Below are positions 9,913 through 20,800 of a stretch of DNA of 64,000 nt, piece by piece. How positions within the stretch are numbered: the stretch's first letter is position 1; every line of letters starts with the position of its first letter. This DNA comes from a virus, in IMG/VR virus record IMGVR_UViG_3300022744_000020, positions 26,203 through 90,202 of that record; one strand, 5' to 3'. The position numbers and the translations under genes were made by a program. The notes under the pieces were generated by a model. That model saw only the letters and a program-made list of their open reading frames with translations, searched no databases and was not told the DNA's origin.

Positions 9913-10590
9913 ATGGCTAGTCGTAAAGAAGTAGAGAAATTCATCCTGGACGAAACCGAAATGTGTCTTCCGGGTAGTAAAAATCGTCAAATGTACGAGG
10001 AGTTTTTCAAGAAACTCAGCGACGACGAATTCCGAGAACTGATGCAAAAATGCAAGGACGGTTATATCCTGCCGATCGTTTGTCCTAACCTTACCGGGCA
10101 AGATCTGGACATGAAGCGCTGGATTGAACAGGCGCGTCGTCTGGGCTATGAGTTCTTCCAACGCATTTGGATGCCTCCCAGCAAAGGTAAGCGGGGCTAT
10201 CTCACGCCTCAGAAGTACATGGTGATGCACACCATCACGCGGCGTCAGTCTCAGCATTTGACCAAGAAGATGAGTGCATCAGACGACACCGATTCGGTTG
10301 ACCTCTACACCAACCAAGTGACTGGCGATTCGAAATCCTCACGGCTGTCTTATCCGGAGCTGACCACTCTGCGCGCCATGGGTCTGAAGGCATCTCTGGT
10401 GGAGCAGACGAAATACCGAGGTGGTGACGAGCGTGGATTCAATGCGTTCAATACGTCGATTGATCGTACGGGTACTGTCAGCATGGACAGCATCGAGAAG
10501 TTCAGCTCCGGGGTGAAGGTAGCCCAAACACTGTACATGTTGCTCAATGCCGCTCACCTGCAAAACAACTTCAACGAACAAGGCCGATGA
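9913..10590 (+). CDS. Virion RNA polymerase beta subunit, C-terminal fragment (phiKZ gp149-like)
   Basis: RRQSQHLTKKMS..SVDLYTNQVTGDSKSSRLSYPE matches the beta C-terminal region (bacterial HLVDDKMHAR..YSLVTQQP..GQRFGEME). Confidence 0.82.
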   Translation: MASRKEVEKFILDETEMCLPGSKNRQMYEEFFKKLSDDEFRELMQKCKDGYILPIVCPNLTGQDLDMKRWIEQARRLGYEFFQRIWMPPSKGKRGYLTPQKYMVMHTITRRQSQHLTKKMSASDDTDSVDLYTNQVTGDSKSSRLSYPELTTLRAMGLKASLVEQTKYRGGDERGFNAFNTSIDRTGTVSMDSIEKFSSGVKVAQTLYMLLNAAHLQNNFNEQGR

Positions 10591-10991
10591 AATTAGAGAA
10601 GTCAGACCCTTTGTTCTTACAGGCCCCGAGAAGATGCGTCATCTCGGGATCCAGGGATTGGGAAGAGTTTGATCATTTTTGTTCCAGAATGGATCTTTAC
10701 CATCAAAGGTGGAAAGACCGGGTAGTCTATATCAGCGGCCTTGCAAGAGGTCCAGATAAAATGCTGGTCGAGTGGGCCAAAGCCAGTGGTAAAGACTGGG
10801 TGGAATTTCCAGCCGACTGGGACAAGCACGGTAAGAAAGCCGGCTACTTGAGAAATCAAGAGATGGCTGATCACTCGACTCATGCCTTTGTGTTTTGGGA
10901 CGGGAAGAGCCGAGGAACAAAGCACATGCTGGACATTTGTCTGCGTCAGAAAATCCACGTACTTCTAACTCTAGTTGGTAATCCAAAATGA
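10587..10991 (+). CDS. SLOG superfamily YspA/DUF2493 protein
   Basis: ISGSRDW, ISGLARGPD, FPADWDKHGKKAGYLRNQEM, FWDGKSRGTKHM. Confidence 0.88.
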   Translation: MKLEKSDPLFLQAPRRCVISGSRDWEEFDHFCSRMDLYHQRWKDRVVYISGLARGPDKMLVEWAKASGKDWVEFPADWDKHGKKAGYLRNQEMADHSTHAFVFWDGKSRGTKHMLDICLRQKIHVLLTLVGNPK

Positions 10992-11731
10992 GTGAACGAT
11001 ACAAAGAGAGTGCCATACTCATCGACATCGAATGCCTGGCGGATCTGCGCGCCGGAGTGATGATCACGCTGAGCCCAGAGTTTGCCTTTGAAGTCACCAA
11101 TCGGCCAGACTACTACACCCGAGATTACGACTCCTTTCAAGTGGGCTCTGACCGGATCGATCTGGCGTTCATCGATAAGGTAATTGAGGCTGATCCGATC
11201 AAGGTTTTTCTGAACTCTCCTGCGACTAAAGCCTTTTTGTTTTTGAGGAGTTGGTGCGCGGAGCGACTTGTGGCTGGGGCAACAAAGCGCCTGCATGAAT
11301 CGATTGAGATCATCGTCAATATGGGAAGGTTTCATCTCCCTCCAGAAATGGAAGAGGAGTACATCAAACGAATCGTGGCAGTAACCGGGGGACTTTATTC
11401 GATTCGTTTGGTGAATTGGTCGATTCAGGACCTGACGCCTTCGTTGATCCGGTCGAACTTTGGTACCTGGCTTTGCTACAACCCACTGAAATGGTGGGAG
11501 GCGCACTCGTACATGTTCAGACAAAAACCCATGCTGACCGAACTTCAGCTCTACATCCCAAAGATGAACATGGGTCGGTCAATGACGGCGCAGGAGGTCA
11601 AGATGTTTTCCGACGAGAAGCAGGATCCTTACCTGAAGATTCGAAAAGCCTTCATGCCTCACTTTTTTCTGGAGTGGATTGAAGTGGATGTGGTCTGCAT
11701 GATCCATCCGAATTCCGTGCCTTCGGCATAA
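10988..11731 (+). CDS. Conserved jumbo-phage hypothetical protein (247 aa)
   Basis: ATGA overlap with the upstream gene. ILIDIECLADLR resembles a degenerate HAD motif I. Confidence 0.75.
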   Translation: MSERYKESAILIDIECLADLRAGVMITLSPEFAFEVTNRPDYYTRDYDSFQVGSDRIDLAFIDKVIEADPIKVFLNSPATKAFLFLRSWCAERLVAGATKRLHESIEIIVNMGRFHLPPEMEEEYIKRIVAVTGGLYSIRLVNWSIQDLTPSLIRSNFGTWLCYNPLKWWEAHSYMFRQKPMLTELQLYIPKMNMGRSMTAQEVKMFSDEKQDPYLKIRKAFMPHFFLEWIEVDVVCMIHPNSVPSA

Positions 11732-11732
11732 G

Positions 11733-11771
11733 TACATCTCCACCACGCACAATCGTCGTGGTGGAGATGTA
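11733..11771. terminator. 15-bp hairpin between convergent genes
   Basis: TACATCTCCACCACG / CGTGGTGGAGATGTA. Confidence 0.75.
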
Positions 11772-11775
11772 TCAT

Positions 11776-12189
11776 TTATTTCGTCTTCATCCCCATGCGC
11801 TGGGTGAAATCGTCATACGTCTCGGGTTTGGCCACGTTGTCCATTTCTCCAGGAACGATAACAATTCCAGAGCCATCAATCTCCAAAACAGGGAGCTCTT
11901 CTCGAACAGCGTTCGTATTCATTCCCATCTTCTTAAAGTTGATGTCCTTTTGATCGAAAAGAGAACTCATGATCGCCAGAGCTTGTTCAGCGTTCTTACC
12001 GGCCCCTTCATCAACCTTGATCTTCATGCGCCCGAGAGTTGCTCGGTCCATGTCATTGAGAAGGTTACTCACCAAAACGATATCGTCGTCGTTCGTGGGA
12101 ATCCCTTCAGTCCCTAGTTTCTTTGCGATTATCTTTTTACGCAAGTTTTGCGTAAAGTCAAGATCTTGTGCTTGCTCTTCATTAGACAT
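11776..12189 (-). CDS. Hypothetical protein (137 aa)
   Basis: GGAGTAGG upstream of ATG, ends at a hairpin. Confidence 0.75.
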   Translation of the reverse strand: MSNEEQAQDLDFTQNLRKKIIAKKLGTEGIPTNDDDIVLVSNLLNDMDRATLGRMKIKVDEGAGKNAEQALAIMSSLFDQKDINFKKMGMNTNAVREELPVLEIDGSGIVIVPGEMDNVAKPETYDDFTQRMGMKTK

Positions 12190-12377
12190 TTCAACCTACT
12201 CCGTGATAGAAAAGACATTCTCATACCTAATACATGTTTTTTAGGTCAGACATTATGTTCTTGGTATTGTCCCACTAACCTAAAACTTGGAGAAAGTTCA
12301 ACCAAAAACTTCTGTAGATTGAGCTAAGCTGTGTGTCTAGCGGAGACCACAGTCATTCGACGTATCGGAGTAACACA

Positions 12378-12779
12378 ATGGCAAAACGAGAGATCGTGAA
12401 TATCGTGCTCGAATCCCCAGACGGTGGGGTCAACGACACACTCGGAGTAGGCGGGATTCTGGCTTCTTTGCTCAGGTCCATTTACGCGGGATTGAACATC
12501 AAACCGCATCGTTGGCACGCACTGCTGATGGTCTACGTTCGGCGTTACAACGCCGACGTGGCCAGCCGGGGCGGTGGCAAGACACTCAATGCAGGAAATC
12601 TTCCAGGGATGATCTTTGCCCCACGAATGTCATGGGGTACCTTCTGGCGAGGTATCCGTATTCTCAATCCCATTAAAGTAGACATCCAAATTACGCTTTG
12701 GTGGGCTGGGGATAAAAAGCATGAGGCGAAATGGGAAGTCGTCATCGCCGACAAGGAGGATACCTTCTTTGAAGAGTAA
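12378..12779 (+). CDS. Hypothetical protein
   Basis: GGAG RBS before ATG 12378. Confidence 0.75.
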   Translation: MAKREIVNIVLESPDGGVNDTLGVGGILASLLRSIYAGLNIKPHRWHALLMVYVRRYNADVASRGGGKTLNAGNLPGMIFAPRMSWGTFWRGIRILNPIKVDIQITLWWAGDKKHEAKWEVVIADKEDTFFEE

Positions 12780-12829
12780 GAAAAAATAGAGTTTGAGTCC
12801 ATAATAGGCAACAACATTGGGCTTAGACC

Positions 12830-13378
12830 ATGCTTTCCATTGACCAAGCAATTGAGCGATTGCGCTCCTTGTACCCCTCCCCCCGTAACGCGGAGGAAAT
12901 GGGGTACTACTTGGAGTTGCACGAGGTGGACTTTGCTGGAGTGCTGCTGATCCACAACTGGACAGCGGTCATGAACGCAATGACCAACGACTCAAAGAAG
13001 ATCGAATACTTCAGCCTTATGTGGGCCAGGATGCATGGCTCAGATGAGTTCAATGAAGATCATTTGATCGACAAAATTTCCAAAGCCCTGTGCTTCACGG
13101 CTTTCGAGCCGGGGGCTGGCCGATACCTCAGCGGATCAGTGACTGAGTGCAATGCACAAATCGTTCAGACTGCGCAGTACGAAATGAGTCTGGAAGGTCA
13201 AATCAAAGATCCGTGGTGGTCGAAGCTGCTGAAGCGTGAGAAAGAAGGCGACGACGATGTGTATCGCACGATCCGAGTGATCTTGAAGAACAATCGTTAC
13301 CTGACGTTGTGGTATCTGATCAAAATAGGTCAGATTGGAATCATCCCCCAAGAATCGAAAGACGGAGAAACTCCATGA
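12830..13378 (+). CDS. Hypothetical protein (182 aa)
   Basis: ATGA overlap with the next gene. Confidence 0.72.
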   Translation: MLSIDQAIERLRSLYPSPRNAEEMGYYLELHEVDFAGVLLIHNWTAVMNAMTNDSKKIEYFSLMWARMHGSDEFNEDHLIDKISKALCFTAFEPGAGRYLSGSVTECNAQIVQTAQYEMSLEGQIKDPWWSKLLKREKEGDDDVYRTIRVILKNNRYLTLWYLIKIGQIGIIPQESKDGETP

Positions 13379-14139
13379 GCGAAGAACTGAACACCCCCAA
13401 CGAAGAAGTCATCCCCCTGGACATCACGGAGGTCTACATCCAACCAACCCCGGCAGAGGTACAAGCCCTGGATCAAGACGCTGGCGTCCAGGAGGAAGGG
13501 GTGCAGATGAACGCCCTGCTGGCCTATCAGGAAGGTCAAGGTCAGCGTTATATTGCGCGCTTCCTGGCTGCTCGCCAAGAAGAGGTCTACACCCCCGAGA
13601 CCGACGGCAAGAACCACCTGAACATCGGCCCGTCGGCCCGCACCGAACTCGGTCAGTTCCTCTGGCAGCAAGCCTACTCGCCGTTCGAGCACGCTGGCTT
13701 CCGCACGCAGTTTGCGTCCATCACAGCCATGCGTGCCTGGATGATGGGAAGCGGCCCCAGTCGCGACTCTCTGCGATACATCCATGGCGAGAACGCCGTT
13801 CGCATCTTCCGTGGAATGGTGGCGACCAAGGTCGACGGCTACATCCAGATCCTGGGGGATGCATCCTTCCAGAAAATCTGCGCCAACTCCAAGCGGGCCA
13901 GTGAGCTGGTGGGGTTGACGGACCAGTACGAGGGCGACCTGCCTATCTTCTCGTATGAGATGCGCGCGGTGGAAAACGGCGGTCCTCTGGTGCCGGTGGA
14001 AACACAGTACCAGTGGCCTGTCGAGATGTGGGCCATGATTCGCAGCACGCTGCAAGAACGAGTGAAGACTGGTCGAATCGACATCATCCCGAACTTCGAA
14101 GGTCTGCGGGCCGACCAACGATCGCGTCGTCGTGACTGA
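13375..14139 (+). CDS. Jumbo-phage protein with DGKNHLNI..TELGQFL motif
   Basis: GGAG RBS, high-GC codon usage. The motif recalls a conserved jumbo-phage family of unassigned function. Confidence 0.75.
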   Translation: MSEELNTPNEEVIPLDITEVYIQPTPAEVQALDQDAGVQEEGVQMNALLAYQEGQGQRYIARFLAARQEEVYTPETDGKNHLNIGPSARTELGQFLWQQAYSPFEHAGFRTQFASITAMRAWMMGSGPSRDSLRYIHGENAVRIFRGMVATKVDGYIQILGDASFQKICANSKRASELVGLTDQYEGDLPIFSYEMRAVENGGPLVPVETQYQWPVEMWAMIRSTLQERVKTGRIDIIPNFEGLRADQRSRRRD

Positions 14140-14164
14140 TGATTTTGTGATCTGAACCAACACA

Positions 14165-14198
14165 GTAAGCCACTGCGGGTAACACCGCAGTGGCTTAC
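14165..14198 (+). terminator. 14-bp hairpin with downstream T-rich tract
   Basis: GTAAGCCACTGCGG / CCGCAGTGGCTTAC then gtgcttatttttt. Confidence 0.7.
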
Positions 14199-14244
14199 GT
14201 GCTTATTTTTTGATTCTATTCTCTTACCGGCAAGTCAAACCAGC

Positions 14245-15681
14245 ATGTCAAACGAATTAAGCCCAACAACTTTTTCCGTCGGCGCCAATGAAACGTTGGC
14301 GGCGGTGGACGTTTATACACAGCAAGGCACTGAGGTTATCAATGGCGTCAAGGCCCTGAATGCATCGGCCTTCGGTAACCTCAATCCATTCAAGGTTATT
14401 CCGCTCAAGACCAAGATTCCAATTGTAGGGAGCTCTATTTACTCCCTGACGTCCACCGCCGCCGTAACGCCCGGACTCCCAACTTTTGTTGCCACTAATC
14501 CATTTCTCTCCGCCGGGGTTGCTAAGCTTGGGCCAACTTCCCCACTGAAGGCTGCGCTCAATAAAGGGATGGACCTCAAATCCACGGTTCTGGCAACCGT
14601 AGGAAATGTCAGCTCCGTCATCCAAAACGCCAACCTTGGAACGATCTCCGGCATTACCGACATGGTAAAGGGGCTGACTGGCTCAGCTCTTCCGATTGCA
14701 CTGAAGGATGTTACAGGTTTAGGAAAGGTGGGAGTCGGGCTAGTCAAAGAAGCAGCAGCTCAGGGTTTGGGTGGGGTATTCACCGCGATCGCTAACTCTC
14801 CGAATTTTGGTTCTCCTTTGGTTAATGGGATTGCGCTCTCTTTGGTCCCTTCTCTGGTAGCAAAAACCAATATTCCTCTTCTAAAGGAAATTGCGGGATC
14901 TTCGGCGGCCCCATACGTGAAGATGTACAACCCCAACTTAGCTCTTCAAATGGCTAAGAATTTCAAGAAAGACGCAGTAGCCCTCAAGAAAGAGATCAAG
15001 TCTCTACCTTCTCAGCTTGTCGCCCAGAAGAACGCACTGAAAAATGAATGGGGTTCTTTTCAAGATTCCATGCGAGCGGGGCTCGATCCCAAGTTTGCCA
15101 AATCTTTGAAGTCCGGAGCAATAAAAACAAGAATTGCTGCCACGGCATCTCCTCAGGCGCGACAAGCTATGGCGCTGTCTCGCGGGGTAAACGTTCCAAA
15201 TCTGGCATCAGCCATCACGACGGGGAAGCTGGTATCTGAAGCGGTCAATCTGGATTCTTTTTTTAATCTCACGACAAAGATGATTATCCAGAACGGACCC
15301 AAAAAGGCCCCGTCTTGGGCAATGAGCGTGCGAAACGCCTTAAGCCCAGGCGACCAGGTTCCTACCGATCCAATAGACGCCCAAGTCCAGGCAGCTATAA
15401 GCAATCCGGGATCGGTACAACGGTCGGAAATTCCGCCACCAAGCACCGCTGAGGTTCTGCAAACGGCAAATCCGGTTGTTGTTCCCACCCCGATTGAGCA
15501 GATGCAAACAGACGCAGCGTCACTCAGCGCCGGGGATTGGCGCCAAGCCGCAGTGCTCAAAGAAGTAGAGCGGCTTGAGCAGGAAAGACTGATGCAAATA
15601 GCAGTAGCCGCTCCCGTTACGGGTGGGTGGCAAGCTGGAAACTTAGTCATTAATGAAGATGGAACTACCCGTTCTAACTAA
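14245..15681 (+). CDS. Putative virion/tail-associated protein (478 aa)
   Basis: G/A/L-rich long ORF preceding the gp182/gp181-like genes. Confidence 0.65.
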   Translation: MSNELSPTTFSVGANETLAAVDVYTQQGTEVINGVKALNASAFGNLNPFKVIPLKTKIPIVGSSIYSLTSTAAVTPGLPTFVATNPFLSAGVAKLGPTSPLKAALNKGMDLKSTVLATVGNVSSVIQNANLGTISGITDMVKGLTGSALPIALKDVTGLGKVGVGLVKEAAAQGLGGVFTAIANSPNFGSPLVNGIALSLVPSLVAKTNIPLLKEIAGSSAAPYVKMYNPNLALQMAKNFKKDAVALKKEIKSLPSQLVAQKNALKNEWGSFQDSMRAGLDPKFAKSLKSGAIKTRIAATASPQARQAMALSRGVNVPNLASAITTGKLVSEAVNLDSFFNLTTKMIIQNGPKKAPSWAMSVRNALSPGDQVPTDPIDAQVQAAISNPGSVQRSEIPPPSTAEVLQTANPVVVPTPIEQMQTDAASLSAGDWRQAAVLKEVERLEQERLMQIAVAAPVTGGWQAGNLVINEDGTTRSN

Positions 15682-15725
15682 CTGGGTTTGGTTCGACAAA
15701 TAACCCCTTACCCCAGAGATCACAA

Positions 15726-17831
15726 ATGCCTGACTATATTAACGGTCAAATCTTCATGGAAGCGGAGAAGATGTTCCGCGATAAAGTAGACCGATATCAA
15801 GACGCGGTCGCCATGAGAGATAACCAGTGGCTTCGTCACTCCTTTGCAGTATTGCCGAACTCCAATACGGTCAATGCCCCTAGTCCTTTGGCGGATGTCG
15901 ACATCAAGAACAGGTCGTTTAACACGGCGATCTTTAAGTATTCAGATTCGTCATTAGGGGGAAATGCTTGCATCAATCCCCCTCCTCAATTTACGCCATA
16001 TGCTGACATTCCAAACCCTGGGATTTTACCCGGCGCCACCGACATCACGCTGGAGTTTCAAAGAGCACCCACGGGAATGGGAGAGATGTATTCGGAAGTG
16101 TTTGACGACAATAATCAAATCGTCCATTTCCAGTTTGGAGTGCCTCAATTTAACTCCCTGACTCAGTTCTTCACGGGGTTCTACAACGACTCTCTGGCGG
16201 GCTTGGCACGAACGGCACGCTTCGATGACTCATTCATTACGAAGTTCCTGAACTTTGGTTTGGACATCATTCGTGTTGCGATCATCCCCCTGACAATCCT
16301 TCCGATCATTTTCATGCAGGCCGGCAATGCGATTCGGTTCTTCCTGAAGATGCCGTCCTCGAAGTTCTGCTATCTGAAGCCAGCGATGCCGCTGTACTGG
16401 AACGCGGTGTCGAGCATGGTGAACCAGATCGGGGTGAACATGGGCATCATCAGCTACATGTCTTCGACGATGGCCAATAAGTTCCTGAACACGACACTGC
16501 CGCCGATATCTGAGCAAACCTCGATCTTTTCTTCAATCTTTCCGGAGTTTTCTAAAGACGGTGTTCTAGACGTTTACGCCGTAGCCAATCGGTATGCCCG
16601 ACTGGAAGCGAGGCATCGTCGGGAGCTCGTCAAACGAATCGAGGGGACTGGAACAGAGCAAAGTTTCTACGACGCTATACGTCAGACGGTTTATTCGAGT
16701 ACCGGTCTGCAGATGCCGGGTAAGGCCGAAACTTCTCCGTTTTCCTTGGAGAAGTATTGGGATAAATACAAAGACGCCGATACGCTATCTAAGAGCGATT
16801 CCTCTTTGGTGGAGAAAGACATTCGGAGAATCAAAGACGTTTCTGGGATGGATCAGAAGCAGGCCGAAGAAGTCCTCAAGGGGGATTACGCTCCAGAGGT
16901 AGAGCAATCCGCTATGGAGAAGGTAATCGAATACTTCATGGCCAATGCCTCGGATGGTAGTGAATACGCTTCTTTCCGAGTAAATTACAACAAGTCGGTA
17001 CAAGAATCGTTCTCCAATCAGTCTGCACCGAATGGTCTGGCCCAGCAACTCAACGCAGCCAGCTCCTCCGCCAGAGAAAAGAGAATGTCTTTTGCTGACG
17101 GCAAAGTGATGGATGTCCCCATCATCTCTGAGATTTTCCAGGCTGTCGGCACGGTGATCTCTGGTGGGCTGGACATGCTCAAATTGGGAGGCATCATGGC
17201 CTTCGGGGGAAATGCCTTTGTTGATATCCCGGAAAACTGGATGTCTTCCCAGGCCAATCTTCCCAAGGGATCGTACACGATTGATTTGGTGACTCCCTAC
17301 GGCAATCCGATTTCTAGGTTCATGGATATCTATGTCCCTTTGGCAATGATTCTTTGCGGCACGCTTCCGATTGCCACCGGCAAGCAGTCGTATCAGAGTC
17401 CGTTCTATTGTTCTTTGTTTGATCGTGGTCGGGTGATTTCCAGATTCTGTCTGATTGAAAACGTAACCGTGGAGCGCGGGATTCACAATCTCAGCTTCAA
17501 CGATCAAGAACAAGCCATGGGTATTCGAGTCACGATTGACGTCAAAGATCTTTCTTCGGTCATGACCTTGCCGATTCAACAGGGTGCTGGTTCAATGCCG
17601 TTGTCTGGTATTTTCGACGGGGAAAACTCCCAGGGAGATTACATGATGACCTTGGGCGGTTTGGCTCTTCGGGAAGTCACGGATCGTTGGCCGATCTTCA
17701 CTCGCCAGCTCTCGCTCAAGCGCGCTGAATTCTCCAGCTTCTTCTCAGCCTCGCACTTGGCTTCTTGGTTGGGTGGTGGTCTAACTGGAACGATGGCCAG
17801 TGTACTGATGCAAGGAACCAACAAAACGTAA
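15726..17831 (+). CDS. Virion structural tail/baseplate protein (phiKZ gp182-like, 701 aa)
   Basis: DSSLGGN.CINPPPQFT.YAD and FGVPQFNSL motifs, convergent with the gp181-like gene. Confidence 0.72.
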   Translation: MPDYINGQIFMEAEKMFRDKVDRYQDAVAMRDNQWLRHSFAVLPNSNTVNAPSPLADVDIKNRSFNTAIFKYSDSSLGGNACINPPPQFTPYADIPNPGILPGATDITLEFQRAPTGMGEMYSEVFDDNNQIVHFQFGVPQFNSLTQFFTGFYNDSLAGLARTARFDDSFITKFLNFGLDIIRVAIIPLTILPIIFMQAGNAIRFFLKMPSSKFCYLKPAMPLYWNAVSSMVNQIGVNMGIISYMSSTMANKFLNTTLPPISEQTSIFSSIFPEFSKDGVLDVYAVANRYARLEARHRRELVKRIEGTGTEQSFYDAIRQTVYSSTGLQMPGKAETSPFSLEKYWDKYKDADTLSKSDSSLVEKDIRRIKDVSGMDQKQAEEVLKGDYAPEVEQSAMEKVIEYFMANASDGSEYASFRVNYNKSVQESFSNQSAPNGLAQQLNAASSSAREKRMSFADGKVMDVPIISEIFQAVGTVISGGLDMLKLGGIMAFGGNAFVDIPENWMSSQANLPKGSYTIDLVTPYGNPISRFMDIYVPLAMILCGTLPIATGKQSYQSPFYCSLFDRGRVISRFCLIENVTVERGIHNLSFNDQEQAMGIRVTIDVKDLSSVMTLPIQQGAGSMPLSGIFDGENSQGDYMMTLGGLALREVTDRWPIFTRQLSLKRAEFSSFFSASHLASWLGGGLTGTMASVLMQGTNKT

Positions 17832-17864
17832 TAAGTGCAAGGGGCGCGAGCCCCTTGCACTTAT
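17831..17864. terminator. 15-bp hairpin with GCGA tetraloop between convergent genes
   Basis: ATAAGTGCAAGGGGC-gcga-GCCCCTTGCACTTAT. Confidence 0.75.
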
Positions 17865-17872
17865 GTTGTCAA

Positions 17873-20800
17873 TCAGTAATTCCGACGCATGCTGACGGGT
17901 GCAGCAGCGCGATAGACCGTTTGACTTGGCAGTCCTCCATTTTCAAACTGCGGTGCCGCCCTTTGGGGCGTTTGCTTTCTTTGCTCCGACTCATCCGGAA
18001 CCGAGATAGGCTGTGCTGCTGTAGCCGGGGCTTGTTTTTCAGCACGACTATCTCGGTCTTGAACATACTTCATATACTCGGTAACCTTTTGCAAGATTTT
18101 CTTTTCCGTCTCTACCGAGTCTCTGAGCAGATTGGAGATCGGCTCAAGACTAGCTTGTGCCAAAGCAATCTGAGGATTCTCCGGTCTTTGCGCGTTTTTA
18201 CCACCTTCAAAGGAAGCATTTCCGAAACCAAATTCCGGGAACGAGTTGGGTGCCGGAATCCTTTTCCTTCTATCTTCCCTGGGAGGCGCGTCCCCGAACG
18301 ACATGGTCGGATACCCGTCAGCCCTCTCTTTACTAGATTCTACTGGCCCGGATGAGCTAGAAGTCCTAGGGGGTTGCGGAATCTCCGCAGGAGTATATGC
18401 CGTCTGTGCCGTCTCAGGGACCGTCGGAGCTAGGGTCGCCACCGACGATGCTCCAGCATCTCTCCACGGCCTGCTAGAAGCCTTCTCTGCCGCTTTTGAG
18501 GGCTCTTTTCTGGGAACGATCGCCGGTACCGAAGTCGCGCTCGGCGCGGCGTTTGTCGGAGTCGTCGACTCCTTACTTGTCGCGGGTCCCGCCGATTCAG
18601 AACCTGAAGACTTACCCTCAGATTTAGGAGCCGACGGAATGCTTGAAGTCACCGCCGCGACGTTTACCCCGTGTGCTGCTGCCTTGGTTTTGAGCTTCTC
18701 TCCAAATTCGTTGTAGATTTCTCTCAACGTTTTTGTTTCCCCGTTCTTCTTGAAGAACACACTGGAGTTACCAGGCTTCTGGGAAGGTCCAGGGAAAATC
18801 CGAGCCCCAGAGAGGGTGTCGTTCGTCTTCAGATTCTTCAGGAACTTTTCAGCTCCGTACGGTCCGAAGAAGTGACCCAGGTGAATATCGGTTGGCGTCG
18901 GGTTCGGGACGATCTGTTTGATTCTGGCTTCCGCATCCTTAACGTAGTGGGCACCCATCAAGGCGTTAGCCGGACCGTCCTTGGGATCGTTGAATGACAT
19001 TCCCTTGTATTTGCTACCGTACTTCTCCACCGTTTCGGCCCAAGTACCGGGCATGAACTGGTTCAGTCCCAACCCTGTCACACCTTGGACACCTGCTTTT
19101 GGATCAAAGCCGGATTCGACAGCCACCGTAGCAACAGCCAAATCTACAGGAGCACCCACCATCTTAGCAGCCGAAGCTACCATGGAAGCCACTTCTTGCT
19201 TACTTCCGGTCTTAAGAGGGGGAAGTGTTCCAGGGTTTGGATTGGTGTCTGGTGGAGACATCGCCATGATCGGCTTAACTCCAGGCGCTGCACCACCGTT
19301 TCCAGCAGTTTCGACCTTGGACTTCAACGGAGTAGATCCTCCGGACATCGCCTCTGGCTTTTTCTCACCTTCAGCTTTGCTAGCCGGAGCCGCGCCATCC
19401 AGGTTAATCGTTTCAAACCTGGATTTACTCGCCGGAGCCGAAGGAGTGCCTGGAGCTGTTTTAGCAACTTGCGCCAGCGCAGCCATCGGTTTGGCTGCTC
19501 CCTTTTCCCCCACGCTGCCAGGAACGCTAGATCCCCCAGGAGAAGAGATCAAGCTCGATGGCTTCGAGGGTCCAGGAGCTCCGGCCGCTTGGGCCGCAGG
19601 AGTAGCCGCTGCCGCTGTGCTTGGCGATGCCGCTGACGGATCGACCGGCTTAGTGGTGACGTTGGGTGTAGCAGGTGCCTGAAGAATCTTGGTTGCCATT
19701 TCCAAGTTTCTGGACCCCAAAGGAGTGCCACGGACAGAGCCCCAACCACCCCCACCTCTTCCGACGCCGGACGCGATTGCTGCATCCGCCAGATCAGGCC
19801 GGTCTTTGTACTTACTGATCCCAAGCTGGATACCAACAGGCTCCAGATGCCAGTCTTCCCCACCCACCGGTCTGGTCAAACCGTACTTCTTGAGAAGTCC
19901 CAGCTTATCCATTTCGGTTAAGTCAGGGCCGTGAGCATCCACAGCAAACCCAAAGCCGTGTAAGCTTTCTCCCGGTACCGCCGCACCCTTACCGTAGAGT
20001 TGTCTCAGGCGAACTTGCTCAGCGTGTGTGCGCGTCGCTTCATTCACTCTGAGCTTCTTCCCAGTGAGTTGCTTGTACTCTTCCGCTGCCCCGCTGAGTA
20101 GTTTCACGAACGTGGGATTCATACCCTCCATGATGACCTTTGGTCCCATCACCATCGAGGAGAAGCCATTGCGTCCATCAGACAACGCCCCACCGGCCAT
20201 ATTCAGAGTACCAACGGAAGCCCCGGATACCCCAGGAGTCGAGGGTCCAGATCCACCTCCACCTCCCGTAGAGGTTGGCTTTGCCTCGCCGTCAGATGCT
20301 GCGGCTGCGGTTTGCGTTCTCTCCGCACTGATCTCAGCAAACGTTCTTTGCTTCGCTCCGGTAGTTCCTGCCAGCTTGTCTTTGATTGCCCTGGAAGCTT
20401 CTGCGGTATCCTTAGGCCCTGCAGGAGGCGTTGCTTTTCTGGCATCCTCCATCAACTTAACTTTCTTGACAATTTCTTCCAAGAAGGTCAGGTTGTTTTT
20501 CGTACTGGTCGGATCCGTGTTCAGTCGATAATTCGGGAACGGAGAAGCCGTGACTTCCCAGCAATCAGACATGGCTGCCAACTGCTTTGCGGTGTCGTAC
20601 TGCTGATCTGGTTTCAGATCCGACACGTTCCCCGAGTAATTATTCTTCCCAGTGTGTTGGACATACAAGCTGTGGAACTTCAGCCAGATGGGAAGGAATC
20701 TCTTCTGGAACCACTTCTTCCAATCGTCTCCCTCAGTGTAGTAGGTGTCGACGATGCCGAACAAGCCGGCAAACTTCTCCACCAACACTTCAGGATTTCC

